Part shown: piece by piece, positions 1 through 10,284 of the stretch | How the letters are laid out: the number at the start of each line of letters is the position of its first letter | Position numbering within the stretch: position 1 is the first letter of the stretch | Origin: Candidatus Eiseniibacteriota bacterium | Lineage (GTDB): Bacteria > Eisenbacteria > RBG-16-71-46 | Assembly: GCA_963744995.1 (NCBI GenBank) | Contig: CAVUWA010000001.1 | Location: forward strand, 32,001-96,000 | Direction of reading: 5' to 3' | DNA: 64,000 nucleotides | The notes under the pieces: model-generated | What the model was told of the DNA's origin: nothing | The model's database searches: none | The model's input: the letters and a program-made list of their open reading frames with translations, nothing else | Position numbers and translations under genes: made by a program

Positions 1-678
1 GTGCGCGTCGGCGACGCGCGTTTCCGCGTGATCGGCGTGATGGAATCCAAGGGCGAGTTCCTGGGTTTCGATCTCGACGACGCCGCGTACATCCCGATCG
101 CGAACGCCATGCGTCTGTTCAACCGTCCCGAGGTGGACGAGATCGATCTGCTGGTCGCCTCGCCCGACGACATCGATCCCGTCGCCGACCGCACGCGCGC
201 GATGCTCATCGACCGCCACGACGGCGACGAGGATTTCACGATCACCACGCAGCTGGAAGCGATGGCGATGATCAACCGGATCCTCGGCATCATCAGCGCC
301 GTCGTCACCGCGATCGCCGGGATCAGCCTGCTGGTCGGCGCGATCGGAATCCTGACCATCATGTGGATCGTGGTGCAGGAGCGCGTGAACGAGATCGGGC
401 TGGTGAAGGCGATCGGCGCACACCGGCACCAGATCCTGATCTGGTACCTGTTCGAGGCCGCGGTCACCGCGCTCGCCGGTGGCGTTGCGGGCCTCTTGAT
501 CGGCATGGGCGGCGCATGGCTGCTGCAGGCGGTGATCCCCGGGCTCTCGGTCTACGTGCCGATGTGGGTCGTGCTCGCCGCGCTCGGCATGGCGCTCGGC
601 GTCGGTCTCGCCGCCGGCGTCGCCCCCGCGCGCAGGGCGGCGGGGCTGGATCCGGTGGACGCGCTCAGGGCGGAGTAG
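1..678 (+). CDS. ABC transporter permease, MacB/FtsX family (5' end outside window)
   Basis: IAGISLLVGAIGILTIMWIVVQERVNEIGLVKAIGA and C-terminal PARRAAGLDPVDALRAE are typical FtsX/MacB permease motifs. Confidence 0.93.
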   Translation: MRVGDARFRVIGVMESKGEFLGFDLDDAAYIPIANAMRLFNRPEVDEIDLLVASPDDIDPVADRTRAMLIDRHDGDEDFTITTQLEAMAMINRILGIISAVVTAIAGISLLVGAIGILTIMWIVVQERVNEIGLVKAIGAHRHQILIWYLFEAAVTALAGGVAGLLIGMGGAWLLQAVIPGLSVYVPMWVVLAALGMALGVGLAAGVAPARRAAGLDPVDALRAE

Positions 679-730
679 CGGAGCCCTCGAGCCGGCGCCG
701 GCCCTGCCGGAGATCGACGCCGGGCCTCCG

Positions 731-2011
731 CCCGCCCCTCGACGTCCCGCTCACCGGTGACGCGCCCTTTCCAGCGCCGCCTCGATCGACACGTGCGAGC
801 GCATCAGCGCCTCCAGCACGGCCTCGCGCTGGCGCCGCGTCACGGGCATGCCGGCCTCCGGCGCACGCTCCTCGAGGTGTTTCCAGAGGACCGCCTTCAC
901 CGCATCGGGCAGCACGCTGTCCAGGTACTCGAGCGCGAGCCCGCGCAGCGCGGGATCACCGGTCTGCAACCCCCGGAACGCGATGCCGAGCGGCTCGACC
1001 GGCAGTACCAGCGCGAGCAGCGTGAACACGTGCTCGAGACTCCGCCCGGCACGCTCGCGCACCACGGCGTCGAACGGGGCCTGCGCTTCGGGCGTGTCCT
1101 CCATCTGCTCGAGCAACCGGCGCGAGTTCCACATCGAGCGTTCGACGCGCGCCTCGCGGCGCACGATGTCGAACACCAGATCGGGCTCGATGCGCCATCC
1201 GGGGTCGGAGGCGCGCATCCGCGCGAGGACGCGGCCGCAGCGGTAGCGCACTTCGAAGCGGCCGTCGCGCAGACCCTCGATCAGTCCCTCGACCGCGCGC
1301 GACGCCGTGCAGCCGGCGAGCGCCGCCGGCAACCGCCGTCGCACGGTGAAGCCGGTCCCCGGGTCGAGCAGCGCATCCACCAGGGGTCCGGGATCCGCCT
1401 GCGACACGCGGCGCAGCGCGAGGATCGCGTCGCGGGCGACCTCGTCCCATGCGAGCAGTCCGATCGCCTCCGGGACGAGCACGGGGTCGAGCGCCGGCGT
1501 GCGCGCCAGCACGGCGCGCACGCGAGCGGGGTCGCCCGAGCGCAGATCGTCGAGCGGCGTCGCATCGGCCCCCGGCGGACCGGTCCCCGCGCGGGGCCTG
1601 GATGCCTGCGCCGTCGCATCACCCGGCCCCGTGGTGCGCGGCTCCGCCCCCGGGTGCACGGGCCCCACGGCCACGCCGCTGCCCGTCCCGTACAGCGTCC
1701 GCGCGCCGGTCCAGTCGGGGAGCTCGACCGATTCGAGCCCTTCGGCCTCCGCGACGAGCCCGGCTTCGAGCGAAGCGACGTACCCGTGGGAGAGGCGCGC
1801 AACCAGCGCCAGAGTGGCGAGCGCGAACGCCACCACCAGCGCCAGCAGGGCGGCGGTCGTCCATCCCACGTGCAGGGCCAGCACCAGCAGCACGAGCCCG
1901 GCCCCGACGAGATCCCCGAGGCGGTCGAAGCCGACGTCGATGATGGCCTTGGTCGCGCGTTTCTCAGCGACGGGAATCGGGTTGTAGAGCAGCTCGCTCC
2001 CGCCCCTCGAC
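731..2011. repeat. Exact 13-bp direct repeat CCCGCCCCTCGAC (731-743 and 1999-2011)
   Basis: Both copies read directly from the sequence; they bracket the truncated minus-strand gene. Confidence 0.85.
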
Positions 2012-2037
2012 CCGACGATGCCACGGCCAGCCGGCAC
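751..2037 (-). pseudogene. 5'-truncated MFS/NTT(TLC)-like transporter-HEAT repeat fusion (last TM helices plus HEAT domain only)
   Basis: Starts abruptly at ELLYNPIP..KRATKAIIDVGFDRLGD, a motif from the late helices of NTT-like transporters; two TM helices then HEAT repeats (GLRDGRFEVRYRCGRVL, LRGLALEYLDSVL); no RBS or promoter space. Confidence 0.7.
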
Positions 2038-3648
2038 GTGACGCTGGTGCCGCCCGGCCGCGGCGCGGCGGGCGCGGGCCCCGGCGATTCGGGCTCACTG
2101 CCGCGCGACCTCATGGAACAGGTGCGCGGGCGCCTCGGGCTGATTGCCCTGCTGCTGTTCATCGCGTTCGCGTTCGACCCGCTGATGCTGCTCGGGCGCT
2201 GGATTTACGCGCAGGCCGTCGGAACGCCGCTCGAGGCGGAGGCGTCGACTTCGCCGGCTTTCCTCGCGCTCAGCCTGACGGCGGCGGCGGCTTCGCTGGC
2301 GGTGTGGTGGATGGCGCAACGCCGCGACGTTCCCGCCGCACGGCTCCACACGCTGGGGCTCGTCTACGAGGCGGCAACGTGCTTCGTGGTGGCAGTGAGC
2401 AGCAACTGGCAGCAGTGGATCGACGAATCCACGCTGCCGCATCTGACCTGGGTGCCGACGATCGTCATCCTGTTCCCGCTGATCCTCCCCGGGCCACCAC
2501 GCCGCATGCTGCTCGCGAGCCTCGTCGCCGGGGCGATGGCGCCCCTCGCGCTGCTGGTGCTGGCCGCGAGCGGCCGCATCGAAGCGCATGGCGAAGCCTA
2601 CGCGTCGGCTGTCGTCGCCTCGACCTTCGCGGTGATCTTCGCCTCGATGGGCGCGCGCGTGATCTACCGGCTCGGGCGCGATGTGGTCGCGGCGCGCGAA
2701 CTCGGCAGCTACCATCTCGAGGAGCTGCTCGGCCGCGGCGGGATGGGCGAGGTGTGGCGGGCGCACCACCGCCTGCTCGCGCGCCCCGCCGCGATCAAGC
2801 TGATCCAGTACCCCGGTGCGGCCGGCACGCGCGCGAGCGTCTCGGAGGAGGTTCTGCGGCGCTTCGAGCGCGAAGCACGGGCGACCGCGAGCCTGCGTTC
2901 GCCGCACACGGTGAACGTATTCGACTTCGGCGTCACCGAGGACGGTTCCTTCTACTACGTGATGGAGTTGCTGGAGGGTCTCGATGCGAACACGCTGGTC
3001 CGGCGCTTCGGCCCCGTTCCCGCGGCGCGCGCGGTCCACCTGATCGGCCAGGTCTGCCACTCCCTTTCGGAGGCCGAGTCGCGCGGTCTGGTGCATCGCG
3101 ACATCAAGCCGGCCAACGTCTTCGTCTGCCGCTACGGCGAAGACGTCGACTTCGTGAAGGTGCTCGACTTCGGGCTCGTCAAGGCGCTCGCCGACGCGCG
3201 CGACGGAGCCGCGGATCTGACCGCGGAGAACGCGATCCACGGAACACCGGCCTTCATGTCGCCCGAGCAGGCGCTCGGTCGCCTGGAGCTCGATCATCGC
3301 GTCGACATTTACGCGACCGGCTGCCTCGCCTACTGGCTGCTCACCGGCGAGCTGGTATTCGAGGCGCCGAGCCCCACGGCGCTGCTCGTCCACCACGCTC
3401 ACACGCCACCGCCGCCGCCCTCCACGCGCACCGAGCTGCCGATCCCCGAAGCGCTCGACCGGCTCGTTCTGGAATGCCTGGAAAAGGACCCCGTGCGGCG
3501 TCCGGCGTCTGCGCGCGATCTCGCGCGGCGGCTGGCGGAAACCGTGCCGGCGGACGGGTGGACCGAGGCACACGCACAGGAGTGGTGGGCGCAGCACCAG
3601 CCGGCGCGAGCCCGCGTGCCCGCGCTCGCGCGTCCGGCGGCACCGTGA
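2038..3648 (+). CDS. Membrane-anchored Hanks-type Ser/Thr protein kinase (start uncertain, GTG 2038 or ATG 2113)
   Basis: About 6 N-terminal TM helices; LGRGGMGEVW, AAIK, HRDIKPAN, DFG, GTPAFMSPE. Confidence 0.93.
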   Translation: MTLVPPGRGAAGAGPGDSGSLPRDLMEQVRGRLGLIALLLFIAFAFDPLMLLGRWIYAQAVGTPLEAEASTSPAFLALSLTAAAASLAVWWMAQRRDVPAARLHTLGLVYEAATCFVVAVSSNWQQWIDESTLPHLTWVPTIVILFPLILPGPPRRMLLASLVAGAMAPLALLVLAASGRIEAHGEAYASAVVASTFAVIFASMGARVIYRLGRDVVAARELGSYHLEELLGRGGMGEVWRAHHRLLARPAAIKLIQYPGAAGTRASVSEEVLRRFEREARATASLRSPHTVNVFDFGVTEDGSFYYVMELLEGLDANTLVRRFGPVPAARAVHLIGQVCHSLSEAESRGLVHRDIKPANVFVCRYGEDVDFVKVLDFGLVKALADARDGAADLTAENAIHGTPAFMSPEQALGRLELDHRVDIYATGCLAYWLLTGELVFEAPSPTALLVHHAHTPPPPPSTRTELPIPEALDRLVLECLEKDPVRRPASARDLARRLAETVPADGWTEAHAQEWWAQHQPARARVPALARPAAP

Positions 3649-3685
3649 GGCTGTCACCGAGCGCGCGCCGCGCACGGGCGATCGC

Positions 3686-4297
3686 TCAGATCGCCCGCTT
3701 CCGATACTTCCAGTTGCGCTGCTTGCCTTCGCTCAGCCACTCGACCGCGGTCGCCACGCGGCGGCGCCGCGTCGCTTCGGTCTTCGCCTCGCTGACCCAC
3801 TCGATGTACTCACGCCGCTGTGCGACGCTGAAGCCGTTGTAGCTGGCCAGCGCGCGCTGGTCCTTTTCGAGCGCGGCCATGAGGAACGGCGGCGTCCGCA
3901 ATTCGGGCCTCGGCTTCGCGCGGTGCAGCCGTACCCCGGCCTCGTTGAGGAGCACGGCGCGCTTGATGAGCGAGATCAGCGTACGCTCGGCGGGCAGGTC
4001 TTCGACGCGCCGAATTCTGCCGAAGTGCCCCATCGCCTTCTCCCCCGTACCGCCGGGCGCCGCCTCGCCGCCGAAGAGCAGCTGCCCCTTCCACAGCGAG
4101 AGCACGGCGTGCTCCTTGAACGCTGCGAAGTGCGCGAGCGGCCCTTCGTAGTCGAAGGCCGGCATGCCCCACTTCATGGTCTCGGCCACGCCGGGGCACG
4201 CCCTGTGGATCACGCGGCGCAGGTGCGTGAGGATCGGTCGTGCGAACGGCGCGGCGCTCTCGATGTAGGCGTCGACGCGGGGGTCCTGCTTCGCCAT
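3686..4297 (-). CDS. YdeI/OmpD-associated family protein (DUF1801 plus OmdA)
   Basis: DPRVDAYIESAAPFARPIL, ETMKWGMP, REYIEWVSEAKTEATR, EGKQRNWKY; GGAGG RBS. Confidence 0.9.
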   Translation of the reverse strand: MAKQDPRVDAYIESAAPFARPILTHLRRVIHRACPGVAETMKWGMPAFDYEGPLAHFAAFKEHAVLSLWKGQLLFGGEAAPGGTGEKAMGHFGRIRRVEDLPAERTLISLIKRAVLLNEAGVRLHRAKPRPELRTPPFLMAALEKDQRALASYNGFSVAQRREYIEWVSEAKTEATRRRRVATAVEWLSEGKQRNWKYRKRAI

Positions 4298-4364
4298 GGC
4301 GATCATCCTCCTCTCGCGGGGATCGATTCGGAGGATAACGCATGGGGGAAGGGGGTCGGATGGG

Positions 4365-4588
4365 GAAAGACAGGAGGCGCGGCCACGGGCTCGGGGGCCG
4401 CACCCGAGTGGTTCCGCAACCGACGCCTCCAGGTCCATGACGCTTTTTCTTCGGCCGGTCGTGACCGCACCGCACGCAGCCGCTGGCGCGTGGCGCGCAC
4501 ACGATGTTGGGCAGGGTTGCCGAGCCCGTCGCGACACGAATCACGCCGGCCACGCCGCTCGATTGGGGGAAAGACCGGGCAGCGACTG
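4365..4588 (-). ncRNA. Candidate sigma54-dependent structured ncRNA or long leader
   Basis: Downstream of a -24/-12 promoter; two long stem-loops, one using G-U pairs possible only on the minus strand; no credible ORF with RBS. Confidence 0.35.
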
Positions 4589-4600
4589 TCGGAGCAAGGC

Positions 4601-4615
4601 GCAAGAGGCATGCCT
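4601..4615 (-). promoter_or_regulatory. Sigma54 -24/-12 promoter
   Basis: Minus-strand AGGCATGCCTCTTGC fits GG-N10-GC (TGGCAC-N5-TTGC); divergent from a sigma54 activator gene. Confidence 0.7.
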
Positions 4616-4625
4616 CGACACGCCG

Positions 4626-4698
4626 CAACGAGTTACGCGCAGAGACGAGACGAACTGGAGCGAAATGCTACAGTTTTCGCGCCGCAGATGGGACAGTT
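4626..4698. promoter_or_regulatory. Putative IHF-like core and activator binding repeats
   Basis: CAA-N4-TTA at 4626-4635; imperfect direct repeat ATGCTACAGTT (4665) / ATGGGACAGTT (4688). Confidence 0.4.
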
Positions 4699-4739
4699 GC
4701 AATTGCTGCGATGCGCGCTGCGGCGTACTCTCCAGCCGC

Positions 4740-6647
<1,908 letters not shown>

Positions 6648-6692
6648 CTGGCGCAGCCGCGCGCCGCGGCCTGCGGTTACGCCCATCACGCC

Positions 6693-6724
6693 GCACGCCG
6701 CCGCCCCGGAGGGCGGCGGCGTGC
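6693..6724. terminator. 14-bp perfect hairpin between convergent genes
   Basis: GCACGCCGCCGCCC-cgga-GGGCGGCGGCGTGC; no U tract. Confidence 0.6.
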
Positions 6725-6742
6725 ACGGCACCGCGGCGCGGC

Positions 6743-8533
6743 CTACTTCGCGGCCATTTGCGGCGCGACGAACTCCTCCATCACGACCTTGTCGAGCAAC
6801 TCGACGGGCAGCATGCCCTGGGCGAGCACGAAGTCGTTGAACTTCCTGCGGTCGAAGTGCTTCCCGAGTGCGAGCTCCGCCTTGGCGCGGGTCTCGAGCA
6901 GCTGCGAGTAGCCGACGAAGTACGACGGCGCCTGGCCCGGCGCGCGGAAGGTATAGCGCTCGACTTCCTGCAGGGCCATCGGCTGGCTCAGGCACACGTC
7001 GTCGCGCAGCACCCGCATCGCTTCATCACGGGTGACGAGACCGAGCTGCAGGCCCGGATCGAGCACCGCGCGCGCCGCGCGCAGCAGACGGTGCTGCAGG
7101 GCGATCAGCTGCCCGTCGATCGGCTCGTAGGGCTGCAGCTCGGCCTCGGCGTACAGCCCCCAGCCTTCGACGTTCACGCTGTTGAGCGAGAACAGGCCGC
7201 GCGCGAGCGAGACGCCGTTCTCGAGCATCTTCGAAAACTGCAGCTCGTGGCCGGGACGCGCCTCGTGCGCGGTGAGCGTCCACGACGCCGCCTCGAACGT
7301 GAAGTCGTCGAAGGACTGCTCCTTTCCCGAGGCATCGGGTGCCGTGAGCGGCAGCATGAACTTGGCCGGCTGGCCGGTATTGCCGATCAGCGGCGGCGGC
7401 GACAGGTGCGGCGCGGGGATCGCCGCGGTCTCCGCGGCGGCACTGAGCTCGATCACCGCGTCGCGCTCGGGCAGCGTGCAGATGTTCTCGCGCCGGATGA
7501 TGTCTTCGATCTCCTTCAGCCGGTTCCGGTAGTAGGGCAGAATCGCCTCGCCGGTGAGCTGGTCCTTCTTGAGCGCCTTGATCACGTCGCGATAGTCGGT
7601 GTCCGCCCAGCCGTGCTCCCCGGCCACCAGGATCGCCATCGACTGCATCTGGTTCTGCAGCTCGCGGAACGCGACGCGCGCCCGGCTCATGATCTCGGCC
7701 GGCGGCATGGTGTCGCCGTAGTCGCGCAGCGCGAGCTGGTAGAGCTTCTCCGGCTGGCGGAAGTCGGTGCGCGCCTGGGGCAGGATCTCCGTGCGCACGA
7801 AGTCGTCGTAGGCGGCGAGCTGTTTGCGCAGCGCGCCGAGCGGCTTCTTGTAGTCCTTGACGTCGAACTTCGTGCACAGCTCCCCGATCCCGTCGACGAA
7901 GGTCTTGCTGTCGGTGAGGTCGCGCTCGACCTCGGCCTTCACCGGCGGCAGCAGGCCCATGTTCATGCGCTCGCGCATCCGCGCCTCGGCGAGCTCGGCG
8001 AACGGGCGGTAGCCCTTCTCGAGGCCGGCGTAGCGGTTGAGACGCACGATGGCGGCCTTGCGGCGCTCGGCCGGGATACGCTCGTCGAGCAGCCCTTTGA
8101 TACCCATGTACACGACCTGCGTCACGCTGAAGTACGGCTGAACCAGTTCGTGCTGGACCTGGTTCGATTCGCTCTGCTTGTCGATCTGATCCAGCAGGAT
8201 CTGGAGATCCTGCCGGACGCGCGGGTCCGTCTCCGCCGCGAGCCGCTTCTCCATCTCCTCGCGTGCCGTCTTCACGGCGGCCATGTTCCGCTCGTAGATG
8301 CCCGGGCTGAGATCGGTGATCTGCTCGTCGTAGCCGGGAACGCCGAACTGCCCCGCGCTCTCGGGACTCAGCCTGGCGAACAGGTCGAGCAGCACCTGCG
8401 CGTGGGCGTTGCTCTTCTGCACCCATTCGGGCGGCGCCTCGGGCTGCGCCAGCGCCGGCAGCGCGAGCGTGAGGGTTGCCGCCAGCGCGAGCAGCACGGC
8501 CGGCAGGCGGCGGAACGGACGGACGAATGACAT
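6743..8533 (-). CDS. DUF885 family secreted protein (metallopeptidase-like)
   Basis: Signal peptide; HEARPGHELQ, EGWGLYAE, EVERY..PGQAPSY. Confidence 0.88.
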   Translation of the reverse strand: MSFVRPFRRLPAVLLALAATLTLALPALAQPEAPPEWVQKSNAHAQVLLDLFARLSPESAGQFGVPGYDEQITDLSPGIYERNMAAVKTAREEMEKRLAAETDPRVRQDLQILLDQIDKQSESNQVQHELVQPYFSVTQVVYMGIKGLLDERIPAERRKAAIVRLNRYAGLEKGYRPFAELAEARMRERMNMGLLPPVKAEVERDLTDSKTFVDGIGELCTKFDVKDYKKPLGALRKQLAAYDDFVRTEILPQARTDFRQPEKLYQLALRDYGDTMPPAEIMSRARVAFRELQNQMQSMAILVAGEHGWADTDYRDVIKALKKDQLTGEAILPYYRNRLKEIEDIIRRENICTLPERDAVIELSAAAETAAIPAPHLSPPPLIGNTGQPAKFMLPLTAPDASGKEQSFDDFTFEAASWTLTAHEARPGHELQFSKMLENGVSLARGLFSLNSVNVEGWGLYAEAELQPYEPIDGQLIALQHRLLRAARAVLDPGLQLGLVTRDEAMRVLRDDVCLSQPMALQEVERYTFRAPGQAPSYFVGYSQLLETRAKAELALGKHFDRRKFNDFVLAQGMLPVELLDKVVMEEFVAPQMAAK

Positions 8534-8716
8534 GGGGTGACCTCCCGGTGGGCAATGTGGATCGGTGTCGGCGAATGCGTGGACTCTACGCGGTGAACCG
8601 GACCGGGGTTGCGCGCATCCACCGGAGCGGCGGATCGGGCGACGAACGCGGTGGGCGTGCCCGCGGCCGCCACGCGCGCCGCGTGCGGGCCCGCCGCCCT
8701 CCCCGGCGCGCGCGGT

Positions 8717-8746
8717 TTGCATGCGCACCCGGCACCGCGCCAGAAT
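8717..8746 (+). promoter_or_regulatory. Sigma70-type promoter, probably for a leaderless mRNA
   Basis: TTGCAT-N18-CAGAAT, 7 nt before ATG 8754; no SD. Confidence 0.5.
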
Positions 8747-8753
8747 GGCCGCG

Positions 8754-10154
8754 ATGAGCCGCGAGCACCTCGACACCCACGAAAAGTCCACCCAGATCAA
8801 CCGCGACGACTCCCGCTACGGGACGTTCGCCGAGATCGGCGCCGGCCAGGAGGTCGCGCGCTGGTTCTTTCGTGTCGGCGGCGCGGCCGGCACCGTGGCG
8901 AAGACGATGTCCGCCTACGACATGCAGGTGAGCGACGCGATCTACGGCGCGTCACAGCGCTACGTGAGCCGCAGCCGGCTGCAGACGATGCTCGAGTACG
9001 AGTTTCGCCTTCTGCTCGAACGGCTCGACCAGAAGCGCGGCCCGACGACCCGCTTCTTCGTCTTCGCCGACACCGTCGCCGCCACCAGCTTCTCACGCCA
9101 CGACGACGCCAACGGCTGGATCGGGATCCGCTTCCAGCACGTGCCGCGCGCCGAGCCGTCCGAGATCATCATCCACGTGCGCATGCTCGACCGCGAAAAC
9201 GTCCAGCAACAGGAGGCGCTCGGCATCATGGGCGTGAACCTGCTGTGGGGCGCCTGGGAGCTGGCCGACCGGCCCGTGGAGATGATCCTGTCGCTGCTCG
9301 ACGATCTCACGCGCGACCGCGTCGAGGTGGACATGATCAAGAGCAGCGGCCCGGCGTTCGAGGGCGTGGACAACCGGCTGCTGGCGCTCGAGCTGGTGCG
9401 TCACGGGCTCACCAACGCGGTCATGTTCCGCCCCGACGGTGAGGTCGTGCAGGCCTCCGAGGTCCTGCATCACAAGGCGGTGCTGGTCGAGCGCGGCAGC
9501 TTCCGCCCCGTCACCAGGGTGACGCACGACATGCTCGAGAAGGCGCTGGCGCAGTTCGACGACGGCGATGAAGGCGCGGCGGACGAGGTGATCGTGTTGA
9601 TGGAGATGACGCTGCGCAGTCTCACCGCCGAGGCCGGCATCGACACGCGCGATTTCCTCGAGCGCGTGGACCTGCTCGGCGCACTCGGGCGCCACGTGCT
9701 GATCTCCAACTACTTCGAGTACTTCCGGCTCGCGGCCTACCTCTACATGTACACACGCAGCCGGATCGGCATCGTGATGGGCGTCCCGAGCCTGCACGAG
9801 GTGTTCGAGGAGCGCTATTACACGAGCCTCGATGGCGGGATCCTCGAGTCGTTCGGGCGCATGTTCAAGAGCGACCTGAAGCTGTTCGTCTATCCGGCCC
9901 TGAACCCCGAGAGCGGCGCGCTGACAACCGTGGACAACTTCGAGGTCGCCCCGCACCTCTCCCACCTGTATGCACACCTCATCCAGAACGGTTACATCGT
10001 GCCGGTCCGGGATTTCGACCGCGAGAGCCTGTCGATTCAGTCGCGTGACGTGCTCGAGCGGCTGCGCACGGGCGACCCGACGTGGGAAACCATGGTGCCG
10101 CGACGGGTCGCGAAGCTGATCCGCGAGCGGAAGCTGTTCGGCTTCGCGGGCTGA
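8754..10154 (+). CDS. Conserved cytoplasmic protein: CinA/PncC-like N-domain plus nucleotidyltransferase (NadD-like) C-domain
   Basis: GTFAEIGAGQEVARWFFRVGGAAGTVAKTMSAYD; ERGSFRPVT; SIQSRDV...VPRRVAKLIRERKLF. Confidence 0.7.
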   Translation: MSREHLDTHEKSTQINRDDSRYGTFAEIGAGQEVARWFFRVGGAAGTVAKTMSAYDMQVSDAIYGASQRYVSRSRLQTMLEYEFRLLLERLDQKRGPTTRFFVFADTVAATSFSRHDDANGWIGIRFQHVPRAEPSEIIIHVRMLDRENVQQQEALGIMGVNLLWGAWELADRPVEMILSLLDDLTRDRVEVDMIKSSGPAFEGVDNRLLALELVRHGLTNAVMFRPDGEVVQASEVLHHKAVLVERGSFRPVTRVTHDMLEKALAQFDDGDEGAADEVIVLMEMTLRSLTAEAGIDTRDFLERVDLLGALGRHVLISNYFEYFRLAAYLYMYTRSRIGIVMGVPSLHEVFEERYYTSLDGGILESFGRMFKSDLKLFVYPALNPESGALTTVDNFEVAPHLSHLYAHLIQNGYIVPVRDFDRESLSIQSRDVLERLRTGDPTWETMVPRRVAKLIRERKLFGFAG

Positions 10155-10284
10155 GGCGGCGGCCGCGGGGAGCGCCGCGGCGGCGCCGGGCCCCGGCCGG
10201 GCCGGCGCCGGGCGTGGCAGCGCGGATTCGGGTATCCTTTTCGTGCACCGTACGCACCGCCACCCCATCTCTTGCACCGAGCGC

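Noticed and set aside
757..2037. 963-aa ORF suggesting a long N-terminal extension of the kinase
   Set aside because: The first ~427 codons are the antisense shadow of the minus-strand HEAT gene
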